Sequence record: NC_061443.1
DNA length: 64,000 nucleotides
Direction: 5' to 3' (one strand)
Below the pieces are notes generated by a model that was given only the letters and a program-made list of their open reading frames with translations, was not told the origin of the DNA and made no database searches. The position numbers and the translations under genes are program-made. Every line of letters starts with the position of its first letter. Position 1 is the stretch's first letter. Positions 28,223 to 37,438 of the stretch are shown piece by piece.

Positions 28223-28732
28223 ATGAAATTCACTGCAATCGCTATCGCACTGGTTATGTCTGCTTCCGCTTCTGCTGCCAACTTCGTTGCACCTGCTCCT
28301 ACCGCGGGCATGAAGTCTTCTGGTATGACTATCAGCGACAAGCTGGACGATAGCTGCCAGCAGAAACTTAGTCAGGCAATTGACCTGCGTCATTCTGTGA
28401 TTGACTTCGCCGTGTCTAAAGATGCAATCGACACTGTGGCTGCTTGGCCGCTTGTGTGTTCTCCAACTGTCGAATCTGCCTCTGTCACTATCGAGCGTAT
28501 CGGCAGTGACATTACGATCACCTACGTGAACAACGACAAGACGCTGGCGAATCTGAGCCTCGTATTGCAGCGTGTAGAGTCCACCACTGAGGACGACGCA
28601 CCAGCGTATCAAATCGTTCAGATTGGTGACCTGAACGCTATGGGATATCAAGAGCAAACTGATCTGAAAGAGTGGTTGCTCGATTGTTATGCCGCCACTG
28701 TCCAAGACAATCTGGCAATGGCGAAGAACTGA
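28223..28732 (+). CDS. exported/periplasmic protein with Sec signal peptide
   Basis: MKFTAIAIALVMSASASA|ANF with A-x-A cleavage site. Confidence 0.8.
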   Translation: MKFTAIAIALVMSASASAANFVAPAPTAGMKSSGMTISDKLDDSCQQKLSQAIDLRHSVIDFAVSKDAIDTVAAWPLVCSPTVESASVTIERIGSDITITYVNNDKTLANLSLVLQRVESTTEDDAPAYQIVQIGDLNAMGYQEQTDLKEWLLDCYAATVQDNLAMAKN

Positions 28733-29037
28733 TGAAAGGAAAAAAGTTAAACGTATTCTTGCAGCAACGAACGGCAGTAAACAAAGTTGCGTCCAGCCCT
28801 GAAGATTGGGAGACGTATAAAGAAATGCTGCTAAACATACGTCTAGCTGTCGCGGTTGACCCACGCCCGGATGCTGCTATTCGCCACTTGGCTCGTACTT
28901 GGTACGCTGAATCAAAGTACGCGCTCCCTGTTTGTCAGGCCACGCTTTTAAAACTAATGACGTTGAAGAAAGCAAACCAGACGCTCGAAGAAATGATTGT
29001 TCTTTATATTGACTTAGAGGAAGGAACTGAAAAATGA
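28732..29037 (+). CDS. hypothetical protein
   Basis: TGATG coupling. Confidence 0.7.
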   Translation: MKGKKLNVFLQQRTAVNKVASSPEDWETYKEMLLNIRLAVAVDPRPDAAIRHLARTWYAESKYALPVCQATLLKLMTLKKANQTLEEMIVLYIDLEEGTEK

Positions 29038-30230
29038 CCGAAGACAGAATGAACATTGAACATATCCGTAGCGTTACAAAAGAAGTCTTCAAAAAAGGCA
29101 CCGTGCAGCAACGCGATGCGCTACGTTCAATCGCTAACAAGGTGCTGGCGCCAAGCGTTATGTTTGCCTGTGAAGACACCGCCCCTGATGTAGAGACTGC
29201 GTACCGTCTGCTGGAAGATATTAAGTTCAGTGGCGACGGTACTCAGATGCTGCCTGCCGACGGCGTGTATGCACTCGATTCTATTCTGAATAAAACGTGG
29301 CGCGAAGACTTCTTTAGCGCCGTGTGTAACATGGCATTGACAATGTATGCCACTGACCCAGCTACTGTGGGTAAAGGCTACTGGCCAAAGAATCACAATG
29401 ACTTTAACCGACTGATCACCCGCGCATTCATCTGGGTTGTGGCCCAGCACGGTCTGATCAATCTACTCTCCCCGAGAGATGCTCATGTGGTAAGCCATAC
29501 TCGTCTGCCGCAGTTCATGATTGCTACACAGGTCGTTGGACAAGACGAAGGTTGCTTGCGTCACTACACCCTGTACCAACCGCAGCAAGATACAGGCAGC
29601 ATGGATTCCTACAATGTAGTGCCTGATAGCTACATCGAAAAAATTCGTGCAGACCGCCGGGCGAATCAGCCGCCTGAATACGAAGAAGCCGCAAACATGT
29701 CGTTCTCTGATCTTGCCGATCTGTGTGAGCGCCTGCACGTCATTGGTCCTGAGGCCACGTTCCCTCCTTGCAAATGCAAAGTGGAAGATGATTGTGAATG
29801 TGACGAAGATGAATACCAGTCGCGTGAAGATTTTGATGAAGACCAGGAAGAGCTACTCGAAACTTTCTACAATAAGTTCGGCTTCCCTGACGATAGCTCC
29901 GACGAGCCAGAAGAAGAAAAGTGGCTTGAAGGTATCTCACTCATGGAAGTTGAAGTCGATCTGCCGACCGTGCGACTGCCTACGCCTGAACTCAACACTA
30001 TGCGCAACAATAGCCGCATGAAGAAGCCTCACCAAAAAGCGCGTCGTGAGAAAATCAGACTTACTCCTGAACAACAAATCTGGCATAAGGTTGATACGGA
30101 TCCGCTGTCTATTGATCGTCGTTTCGCTATCAGTCTCGTATCTCGCCACACATGCGGCGTTAATCGTGCTGTCGCTACGCAGCGTGAAGCTATGGCAGTC
30201 GCTGCTGCTTTGATGGAAGTCAGCGAATAA
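29034..30230 (+). CDS. hypothetical protein with Cys/acidic insert
   Basis: 398-aa ORF, GAGGA RBS. Confidence 0.8.
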   Translation: MTEDRMNIEHIRSVTKEVFKKGTVQQRDALRSIANKVLAPSVMFACEDTAPDVETAYRLLEDIKFSGDGTQMLPADGVYALDSILNKTWREDFFSAVCNMALTMYATDPATVGKGYWPKNHNDFNRLITRAFIWVVAQHGLINLLSPRDAHVVSHTRLPQFMIATQVVGQDEGCLRHYTLYQPQQDTGSMDSYNVVPDSYIEKIRADRRANQPPEYEEAANMSFSDLADLCERLHVIGPEATFPPCKCKVEDDCECDEDEYQSREDFDEDQEELLETFYNKFGFPDDSSDEPEEEKWLEGISLMEVEVDLPTVRLPTPELNTMRNNSRMKKPHQKARREKIRLTPEQQIWHKVDTDPLSIDRRFAISLVSRHTCGVNRAVATQREAMAVAAALMEVSE

Positions 30231-30275
30231 CTGGTCAGAATAGCGCTTCTTCGTGAGGCGCTTCTATGATATAAT
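30219..30275 (+). promoter_or_regulatory. Class-1 phage promoter
   Basis: GCGAATAACTGGTCAGAAT..TGaTATAAT, spacing 36; palindrome over -35 region. Confidence 0.75.
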
Positions 30276-30343
30276 CATAGATAGAGCAATAGTGCTCTCA
30301 ACGTTATCTCAACCATACGTTTAACAACGGGAATTGTCATACT

Positions 30344-30646
30344 ATGTCACGCACCATTTCACGCAAGAAAGCATTAGAACTGATGGCTAAAACTTACAAC
30401 GCCAAGCACCCTGAATATCTGCCACGCTTGATGGCCGAAGATATGGATTCGAAAGACCTGTTCGAATTCCGTGAAGATGTTGTCGCCCAGATTCGTGAAG
30501 GCAAAGATCCTGTTAAAGTTGTTGATGCTATGATCGACAACGCAATTCGTGTGACTCTGGTACGCCGTCGTTCAAGCAACGATTACAATCCTAAAATCTC
30601 CGACGTACTTACTGATGAAATTCGTGATATGCTCCGTAACCTATAA
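30344..30646 (+). CDS. hypothetical early protein
   Basis: First gene after promoter. Confidence 0.75.
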   Translation: MSRTISRKKALELMAKTYNAKHPEYLPRLMAEDMDSKDLFEFREDVVAQIREGKDPVKVVDAMIDNAIRVTLVRRRSSNDYNPKISDVLTDEIRDMLRNL

Positions 30647-30654
30647 GGAATAAA

Positions 30655-31206
30655 ATGAAAAGCTACGGTTACTTTTATATGTTGAACCACATCGCAATGG
30701 CCGTAGACGCACCCAGCAAGGACGCTGGGTTTAAAGCTATGGTTGAGCTGGATATGTTCAATCGCGCGTCTATCTTCACCCGCCCCGACGCTGAGCCTCG
30801 TGCTGCTCAACTCGTCAAAGACCTGACTGCTGCAATCTACCCTGTCGGCGATTGTCACCCGACTATTGAACAACGCATGATGCTTGTTCAAGCTCTGCAC
30901 GATCAAGAGCTGGAAAAGATTGTAGGCTCGATTCGTTTCTTCGTACCTTTCGCATACACGAAAGAAGTGTTATGCGATACGTTCGGCTTCTTCGACAACG
31001 GAGATACGTTAAGCATTCCGTATTTCTTGCGTCATCATTTCATGGACGACCAAGCCGTCTTCTGCGAAGGCAAGTTGACCAGCTTCGCACACTCCTGTTC
31101 TCATGGAGAAGTGTCGCAGACTGCTCGCCAGTACGGCTTGTTCCCAGCATACGCTTATGGTAAGAATGATATACCTGAGCAATTCAAACATCTGCCTCTG
31201 TTTTAG
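30655..31206 (+). CDS. hypothetical protein
   Basis: AAGGA RBS. Confidence 0.75.
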   Translation: MKSYGYFYMLNHIAMAVDAPSKDAGFKAMVELDMFNRASIFTRPDAEPRAAQLVKDLTAAIYPVGDCHPTIEQRMMLVQALHDQELEKIVGSIRFFVPFAYTKEVLCDTFGFFDNGDTLSIPYFLRHHFMDDQAVFCEGKLTSFAHSCSHGEVSQTARQYGLFPAYAYGKNDIPEQFKHLPLF

Positions 31207-31215
31207 GAGACTCTC

Positions 31216-31677
31216 ATGGGAGTAGTTAAAGGCATAACCGCCACCACGTTCCCTTCTCGGGGACGTGACGAGGGCCAGAAGATTGCTCTCAAAACTCGCT
31301 GGGGGATTTTCCCTGCTACTGTTGTTCGTCAAGACAATGATCTTCCTCATAACGAGATTTGGAAGATTGACGCAAAGAATCTTCCTCGTCGTTACTTCAC
31401 TGAGATGGACGACTTGTATGTGTCCCGCACGTTCATTGAGAACTTCCCTAAGCTCTCGCCGATTTGTGCGAAAGGCGAACACGAAGACAAGTTCGTTGAC
31501 GTTGTGTTCGACCATGACGTGCAAAACAAGTGCGAAGGTATTGTCCTGACACACAGGAACTCGTTGCTGATTATTTTGATAACGACAGGTCCACATGAAG
31601 GTCGTTATGTCACCGGTAAAGAATGCCAGTACGCCGAGAAGCCCCGTAAGGTTAAGGAGCTGATCGATGAAAACTGA
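31216..31677 (+). CDS. hypothetical protein, possibly two tandem SH3-like beta domains
   Basis: FPSRG..ATVVRQD and FPK..EGIVL..GRYVTGKECQY halves. Confidence 0.7.
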   Translation: MGVVKGITATTFPSRGRDEGQKIALKTRWGIFPATVVRQDNDLPHNEIWKIDAKNLPRRYFTEMDDLYVSRTFIENFPKLSPICAKGEHEDKFVDVVFDHDVQNKCEGIVLTHRNSLLIILITTGPHEGRYVTGKECQYAEKPRKVKELIDEN

Positions 31678-31948
31678 GAACGGTAATTTTCTTGCACGTT
31701 TGCAATCGGGCGAAACATTCTACATGAGTGTTAGCGGCAAGAAGAAAGGTCAGCCGCGTCAGGGTGTGACGCTAGGCCATGATGCTCGATACAAAGACTT
31801 GATGATGGCTGTTGGCGGTGTAGCATTCACTCACGGCTACAAGAACATTCAAGTATCATTCAGCCGCAACATCATGGCGGACGCTGATGGTGTTGTGATA
31901 TTTCGTGTTAAACAATCAATCACTGTTAAAGAAGAAAGGACGTACTAA
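31667..31948 (+). CDS. hypothetical protein
   Basis: AAGGAG RBS. Confidence 0.7.
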   Translation: MKTENGNFLARLQSGETFYMSVSGKKKGQPRQGVTLGHDARYKDLMMAVGGVAFTHGYKNIQVSFSRNIMADADGVVIFRVKQSITVKEERTY

Positions 31949-32487
31949 TGGAATTTTTGATTAAGCCTGATGCAGACCGTTTCCCGAACTTCATTCCTCC
32001 TGCTCGCGCTACAGCCAAAGCTGCTGGCTTCGACCTGTTCGCTCAGGAAGATATGATCATCACGGGCGACACTGTGCTGTTTGACTTGGGCTTCCGCACC
32101 AAGGTGCCAAAAGACCACGTTGCTATCATCTTCCCTCGCTCAGGTCTGGGCGCTAAGTTCCACGTTGAGCTGTCGAACACTAACGGCGTTATCGACGAAG
32201 ACTACACCGGCCTCTGGATGGCAGCGCTGCATCTGGGCGGTAAAGGCACTAAGGTCGAACAACTCGATTGGCTGTCTGCTGCCTACGAGCAATCCAGCTT
32301 CAAAGAAATCCCTGACATTGACGACGACGAAGACCAGAAAGCGTTGTTGATCAAGCGTGGCGATGCGTTCGCGCAAGTGCTGTTCTTCCCTGTGCCTGAT
32401 GTTGAAGTCGTTATCACGCACGAAGAACTGCCTGAAACTGATCGCGGTGAGGGTGGCTTCGGTTCTACCACGAAGGCCAGTGCCTAG
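31948..32487 (+). CDS. dut: trimeric dUTPase with acidic insertion between motifs III and IV
   Basis: AAGFDL, PRSGLG, GVIDEDYTG, GDAFAQ, RGEGGFGST (five dUTPase motifs). Confidence 0.96.
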   Translation: MEFLIKPDADRFPNFIPPARATAKAAGFDLFAQEDMIITGDTVLFDLGFRTKVPKDHVAIIFPRSGLGAKFHVELSNTNGVIDEDYTGLWMAALHLGGKGTKVEQLDWLSAAYEQSSFKEIPDIDDDEDQKALLIKRGDAFAQVLFFPVPDVEVVITHEELPETDRGEGGFGSTTKASA

Positions 32488-32698
32488 CCTATTGACAGTA
32501 GTGCTCATTGCTTACTACGTTGTTGGTACTATTCACTTTGTCCTGGAAGTTCGTTCTATACCTGACGACGACCCAAGCATAGTGATGTTCAACCATCACA
32601 TGGACACTGAGTCCCACGCGCAGTTGCTTTGGTCAGCGACAAAACTTTTGCTGTATGTGTTATTCATTCACATTCCGTGCTGGATATTCCGCATATAG
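32480..32698 (+). CDS. small membrane protein (start uncertain)
   Basis: Two hydrophobic stretches. Confidence 0.45.
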   Translation: MPSLLTVVLIAYYVVGTIHFVLEVRSIPDDDPSIVMFNHHMDTESHAQLLWSATKLLLYVLFIHIPCWIFRI

Positions 32699-32756
32699 TG
32701 ATATCGTTCACACGAGGGGCCTTACGTGGGCTCCTCATTATCGTAATATAAATGCT

Positions 32757-33071
32757 ATGGGAAAGAAAACTTATCTGCTGCCACGCGAACGCCCTAGCCC
32801 TCTGCCGAACTTACGTGCCTATCTCGCGTATCTCGCCCGGAAGCCTAACGCTCACCGCGAAGTATTAGAAACGTATTGTAATGCAAGTCTAGCTCAAATG
32901 CGCCGCGAACGGTTTTTCGTCGGTAAGCTCTTTGCCTACAAAGTGTATACGAAATCGAATAAGCTCGCGTACACGGTTGTCTGGATTGACCCATACAACT
33001 ACGACTGCCTTGTTCTCAACCACCAAAGGAGATGTGTAGAGTTTAAAAACTTATACGGCCTGCTATTATAG
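32757..33071 (+). CDS. hypothetical basic protein
   Basis: ORF fills gap. Confidence 0.55.
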   Translation: MGKKTYLLPRERPSPLPNLRAYLAYLARKPNAHREVLETYCNASLAQMRRERFFVGKLFAYKVYTKSNKLAYTVVWIDPYNYDCLVLNHQRRCVEFKNLYGLLL

Positions 33072-33145
33072 TTGGGTCCTAGCGCCTTCACACTAGGGGA
33101 AATATTCCGATGATAACTGTCCTTAACAATCGTACCGACGAGGTA

Positions 33146-33790
33146 ATGAAACGCCTGAACGTAGCAGTATGGGTTTGCGTTGTGTTCGCTTTCGCTGTCT
33201 TAATAGCGCTGCGTATCTCACCAGCATTCGCCAGTATGTCTACAGGCCCTGACAACGCCATTGATGTATCTTCCGCCGTGTCACTCGATCCCTCCAATCG
33301 TGTGGCGACAAAATACAAGGAGATCGAAAAGGCAGTAGCAGTCAAAGACGAACGAAGGCCAAAACGCTATGTAACCCGCGAGCGCCTCCGACAACTTTAT
33401 GCGCACTTGCCTCATCCTTCTGACTTAGGCAAGCAGATTGATTTGGCCGCAGAGAAGTATAGTGTAGATGCAAAACTGCTTCTCTCTATCTGCGTCTCCG
33501 AGTCGCATCTTCGTGCAAAGGTCAGAAACAAGTCCGGCGCTACAGGTCTGTGTCAAATCATGCCTGACATGCACGGACGTTCTGTGCGGGAACTTATGGA
33601 CTACCGAGTCAATGTTGATCAGGCAGCCCAAATAGTTGCGTTACTAAACAAGCAGTGCAAGGGACGACGCGCCTGCGTCATTCAATCTTACAACACTGGT
33701 TGGGGAGCATATTTGAAGGGCGTTCGTTCGCCTCAATATTTAGCTAAAGTTCAGACCGAGTATCGCCGCAAGCATACTCCTTCTTCCTGA
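33146..33790 (+). CDS. lytic transglycosylase (SLT domain) with N-terminal membrane anchor
   Basis: ICVSESHL, SGATGLCQIMP, YNTG match SLT motifs; hydrophobic N-terminus; GAGGT RBS before ATG 33146. Confidence 0.9.
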   Translation: MKRLNVAVWVCVVFAFAVLIALRISPAFASMSTGPDNAIDVSSAVSLDPSNRVATKYKEIEKAVAVKDERRPKRYVTRERLRQLYAHLPHPSDLGKQIDLAAEKYSVDAKLLLSICVSESHLRAKVRNKSGATGLCQIMPDMHGRSVRELMDYRVNVDQAAQIVALLNKQCKGRRACVIQSYNTGWGAYLKGVRSPQYLAKVQTEYRRKHTPSS

Positions 33791-33804
33791 TAGAGGATAT
33801 AATA

Positions 33805-34479
33805 ATGAACATGAATATTACCGCGCTGTACAAAATGCAGTTCCAGTTGTTGAAACCCCTGTCACCTCGTCAAGAGTACGCACTGGTAGTGCTGCTGTGT
33901 GATGACATTGTTGATGGTGATGTTAAAGCAATGGCAGAAGTAATCATCCGTGACTATCCGCACGTTGCCCGTCTGTATGACGCATTCGCTGCGGCAAATC
34001 AATACGATAACGCAGTACCGTTCATCGTGCCTGTGCTTAACTCGGAAGAAGTGACCGAAGAGATCTTCTGCATCCGTGACCATGCACTCGTCGTTGCTCC
34101 AGAACTGCGTGAACTTCTGAATCAGGCGCTGTCTCGTGTCGTAACAATGCACGAAACGCCTGATGAACTGCTGATGCGTGAAGGTGCCGAGCTGCTACTC
34201 TGTGAAGATGCGATGCCATTTATCTTGGGTCAATTCATGGACAGTATGCTCGATGCCTACAACTGCGGTGTATTGCCTATGATCGTGCGCCCTTCGAAAG
34301 AGCAACAGGCAATGCGTCCTGAACGTTTGCTCTCATTCGAAATGCTACGCGAACATAACATGTTCTCAGGAAGTCTGGACTTTACTAAAGCGCTACAGCC
34401 GAGTGAGAAAGCTCGCGTTATTGCACAACAGTTGCTGGCACGTTTACGCCACAATTCGTTACGTGTTGTAGCTCAATAA
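33805..34479 (+). CDS. hypothetical protein
   Basis: GAGGA RBS; terminator follows. Confidence 0.8.
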   Translation: MNMNITALYKMQFQLLKPLSPRQEYALVVLLCDDIVDGDVKAMAEVIIRDYPHVARLYDAFAAANQYDNAVPFIVPVLNSEEVTEEIFCIRDHALVVAPELRELLNQALSRVVTMHETPDELLMREGAELLLCEDAMPFILGQFMDSMLDAYNCGVLPMIVRPSKEQQAMRPERLLSFEMLREHNMFSGSLDFTKALQPSEKARVIAQQLLARLRHNSLRVVAQ

Positions 34480-34487
34480 AACCCAAC

Positions 34488-34516
34488 GGGAGACCTTAAC
34501 TGGTTTCCCGTTTTTC
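34488..34516 (+). terminator. Rho-independent terminator
   Basis: CGGGAGACC..GGTTTCCCG then TTTTT; resembles hairpin at 25801. Confidence 0.8.
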
Positions 34517-34547
34517 ATTTCTGCGCAAATTTTTAAGGACTACCACA

Positions 34548-35489
34548 ATGACTAAAATGATCAACATGCCGTTTGCTACTTTTTCTAGTCGTAGCTCATT
34601 CTTCTCGGCAAAAGTTCGTGAACTCGATCTCCAGAACGTCTGGAGCTACGTTGTATCAAACAACAAACCACAATGGCAAGGCGACCCATTGCTGCACCAC
34701 ATGCACTATCATTCTACCGAGCACATGAAGCAAGTAACTGCTCTCGCCCTGTGGCTGCTGAATGAAGAAGCCGAACAACCATGGCAGTATGATCTGGGTG
34801 CGCTGCCGCTGGCTGTCGCCTGTATGTTCCACGATATGCACCATTCTCTTGGCCGCTTGAGCGATGCAGTCAACGTGCGTACTGCACAAGACGCTTTCAA
34901 ACAATATGTGACCGTGTGTGAAGACCCACGCATTATCGACCAGCAGGAAATCATTCTCGAACTGATAGGCATTACGGAATTCCCGTACATGAAGAACCGC
35001 CAGCCGAAGAATCTGATTGAGCGTTGCATTCGTGATGCGGATATCCTATACGGTATGCAGGACGATGCACTGGACGTTGTGATGTTCGCACTACGCCGTG
35101 AGGTGAATCGTGCTGTGAACAAGCCAACGCACTTCACGCCAGAACAGTGGGCAGTAGGTCGTGTTGACTTCCTCATGTCTGTTGAGATGTATACGCCTGC
35201 AGCAAGTGCGATCATGGACTGGCTGTTGGCAAAAGACAACGATCACAATCATCAGTCTAAGATTGATAGCTGGATGCGGGATAACGTTATCTTCCGTGAT
35301 ACGTCAGCACACAAGCTCCAGGCCAATGATGTGTTGTTTATCGACACTGAGGCAGACAGTACGCCGAAGCGCCGTTTGATTGAACGTGTTGAGTCAGTAC
35401 ATCCGTACATCAACTTCTATTTCCACGACGGCGAAACTATCTCGCTGCGTGACGGTGAGAGTTGTGTGGTCTGCGAAAGACGCAAATAA
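34548..35489 (+). CDS. HD-domain metal-dependent phosphohydrolase
   Basis: HYHSTEH, ACMFHDMHH, LIGITEFP, CIRDADIL. Confidence 0.85.
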   Translation: MTKMINMPFATFSSRSSFFSAKVRELDLQNVWSYVVSNNKPQWQGDPLLHHMHYHSTEHMKQVTALALWLLNEEAEQPWQYDLGALPLAVACMFHDMHHSLGRLSDAVNVRTAQDAFKQYVTVCEDPRIIDQQEIILELIGITEFPYMKNRQPKNLIERCIRDADILYGMQDDALDVVMFALRREVNRAVNKPTHFTPEQWAVGRVDFLMSVEMYTPAASAIMDWLLAKDNDHNHQSKIDSWMRDNVIFRDTSAHKLQANDVLFIDTEADSTPKRRLIERVESVHPYINFYFHDGETISLRDGESCVVCERRK

Positions 35490-35533
35490 TAGGCTGAAAT
35501 AGACGTATACGAACCACGTGCCTGTGATATAAT
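35480..35533 (+). promoter_or_regulatory. Class-1 phage promoter
   Basis: GCAAATAATAGGCTGAAAT..TGaTATAAT, spacing 35. Confidence 0.75.
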
Positions 35534-35565
35534 ACGCATAGGCACACATAATAGAGAGAACTCGA

Positions 35566-36270
35566 ATGAAATACTTGAAGCGCATTCATCCCGGTGTGGA
35601 CGCAAGTCTGTTTGCGATTAACGGAATCGTAATACCGATGGCTTTCTTCTACATGGACGTCACTATCCATGATCAAGAGCGCGGTGACAAAGAAATAAAG
35701 CTCGGTGTGCGTATGAATCCACACGTTCCTGTAGAATCCTATCTGCCTGGCGTGGACTACAGAACGTATATTCCAGTGTTGGCCTGCGACCCATCTGATG
35801 ACGAAGGGTTCCATACGGAGCTGGGATTTATTGACATTAACAGTCGCTATGTTGATCTGCATCACCAGAAGCGAACGTATCTTGCTTATCTAGGTTCGTT
35901 GCCTGATGTTGCGGAGTCCGATGTGCGCGACAAACGATATGTATGTCCGATAGACATACGCCAAATACCGCCGCACCCTGACATGCCTCAACGTTTTCGC
36001 AACACACCACGCTACGGCGCAACGATTCGCACGGATTACCTGCGTACCTCTGCCCTCGACCAGATCGACGATGAAACGTGGGAAGCGCTGCGCACCATTG
36101 ACCACGCTAAAGGTACTACGTGGTCACAGTTTTTAGACGCCGCAACGTCAGGGCGCTTCACGCCACACGATGATCTGTCAGACTGTTTGGAGAACATCGA
36201 CCACGAGTACATGCCTGAACATATCTTCAAGCGTATTCGTATCGCTCAATTCGAGAAAAGAAGGAACTGA
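35566..36270 (+). CDS. hypothetical early protein
   Basis: 234 aa after promoter. Confidence 0.8.
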   Translation: MKYLKRIHPGVDASLFAINGIVIPMAFFYMDVTIHDQERGDKEIKLGVRMNPHVPVESYLPGVDYRTYIPVLACDPSDDEGFHTELGFIDINSRYVDLHHQKRTYLAYLGSLPDVAESDVRDKRYVCPIDIRQIPPHPDMPQRFRNTPRYGATIRTDYLRTSALDQIDDETWEALRTIDHAKGTTWSQFLDAATSGRFTPHDDLSDCLENIDHEYMPEHIFKRIRIAQFEKRRN

Positions 36271-36272
36271 TC

Positions 36273-36503
36273 ATGATGCACGATTTGTATAAGGTAAGTG
36301 CTATCCTGTTCTACACGCTGGGCGCTATGGCTTTCCTTGCACATATCGTAGGCTTCATGAAGAACTGGATGAAAATTCAGGAGATGCGCCAGAAGGCAAA
36401 AGCGAAAGCCGCTAAGGTACGCTCTCCACTGCAAGACATTAAACGCCGTCTGCGTAAAGCAGAAGAACGCGCACGGCATCGCCCACGTAAATTGAGAGAC
36501 TAA
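36273..36503 (+). CDS. small membrane-anchored basic protein
   Basis: One TM helix then K/R-rich helix. Confidence 0.65.
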   Translation: MMHDLYKVSAILFYTLGAMAFLAHIVGFMKNWMKIQEMRQKAKAKAAKVRSPLQDIKRRLRKAEERARHRPRKLRD

Positions 36504-36505
36504 TC

Positions 36506-36814
36506 ATGGCTGAATTAACCCGCGACGATAATCTGGCGAACAAAGTACAACGTGCTTTGGAAATCTGCTGGGAAGAGACAACGAAGCGTAATGAAGGTGA
36601 ACACACCTATGCGTTTCTCGCGTCTGAGTTTGCCGCTAACGGTAAAAACTTGTTTGACGGCGAATTGCGAATGCTGAACGTCATGTTACGTGACGCCGTT
36701 AACATCAACATGTACGGCCGTTACGTTGCAACCGTTTATACAGGTAACAAAGGCATCATGGTTGCGTTCCAGCCTGTTGCTGATCTGGAAGATATCATCG
36801 AAATGAGGTTCTAG
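36506..36814 (+). CDS. hypothetical protein
   Basis: Tight packing, GAGAG RBS. Confidence 0.7.
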   Translation: MAELTRDDNLANKVQRALEICWEETTKRNEGEHTYAFLASEFAANGKNLFDGELRMLNVMLRDAVNINMYGRYVATVYTGNKGIMVAFQPVADLEDIIEMRF

Positions 36815-36815
36815 C

Positions 36816-37391
36816 ATGGAACAGATTGATATGTTCGAAACGTACGGCGCGCATGAGATCTCTGACTACACTCAACTTGAGTATGAGCGTCTGGCGCCCG
36901 ACTATATAGCTAAGTCTGACCGTCGAGTTCAGGTCGCGTTCGGTACTCAGGCTCCGACTGCCGAGACGATTGAGTTGCACCCGCATCTGACGCCAGGCAC
37001 GTTGAAGTTCCGTAAGAAGCTGGTTATGATTCAGGAGTTCGTACTTGTTACGCACGATAAACTGAAAGCCAGCTTGATTAAGAACCCGGGCCGTCTTAGT
37101 GACGTGAACAACATCGACCCGCAGTATTTGATCAACGTGTACAATCACAATGAGAAGCTCGCGCTGTTCATGAGTGACTTCCACGACTTCATGAGCGACT
37201 TCATGAATGCCGTCTACCTGTTCACAGTTGCAACCGTGTATGATGGTCGCTTGTTGGTCTATGCAGAGAACGGCGAGCCTCTTGTTACTACCAAAGAAAC
37301 GCTGGATATGCTGACAGAGATCGAGCACTTCATCAACAAAAGCAAGGTCTACCGCGTACTGTCCAGCAACTCTATCTATCGCACAATCTAA
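36816..37391 (+). CDS. hypothetical protein
   Basis: GAGGT RBS. Confidence 0.75.
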   Translation: MEQIDMFETYGAHEISDYTQLEYERLAPDYIAKSDRRVQVAFGTQAPTAETIELHPHLTPGTLKFRKKLVMIQEFVLVTHDKLKASLIKNPGRLSDVNNIDPQYLINVYNHNEKLALFMSDFHDFMSDFMNAVYLFTVATVYDGRLLVYAENGEPLVTTKETLDMLTEIEHFINKSKVYRVLSSNSIYRTI

Positions 37392-37438
37392 ACCTTACTT
37401 AACATGGGCGCTTACGGGCGCTCTACTGGAGAAACATT

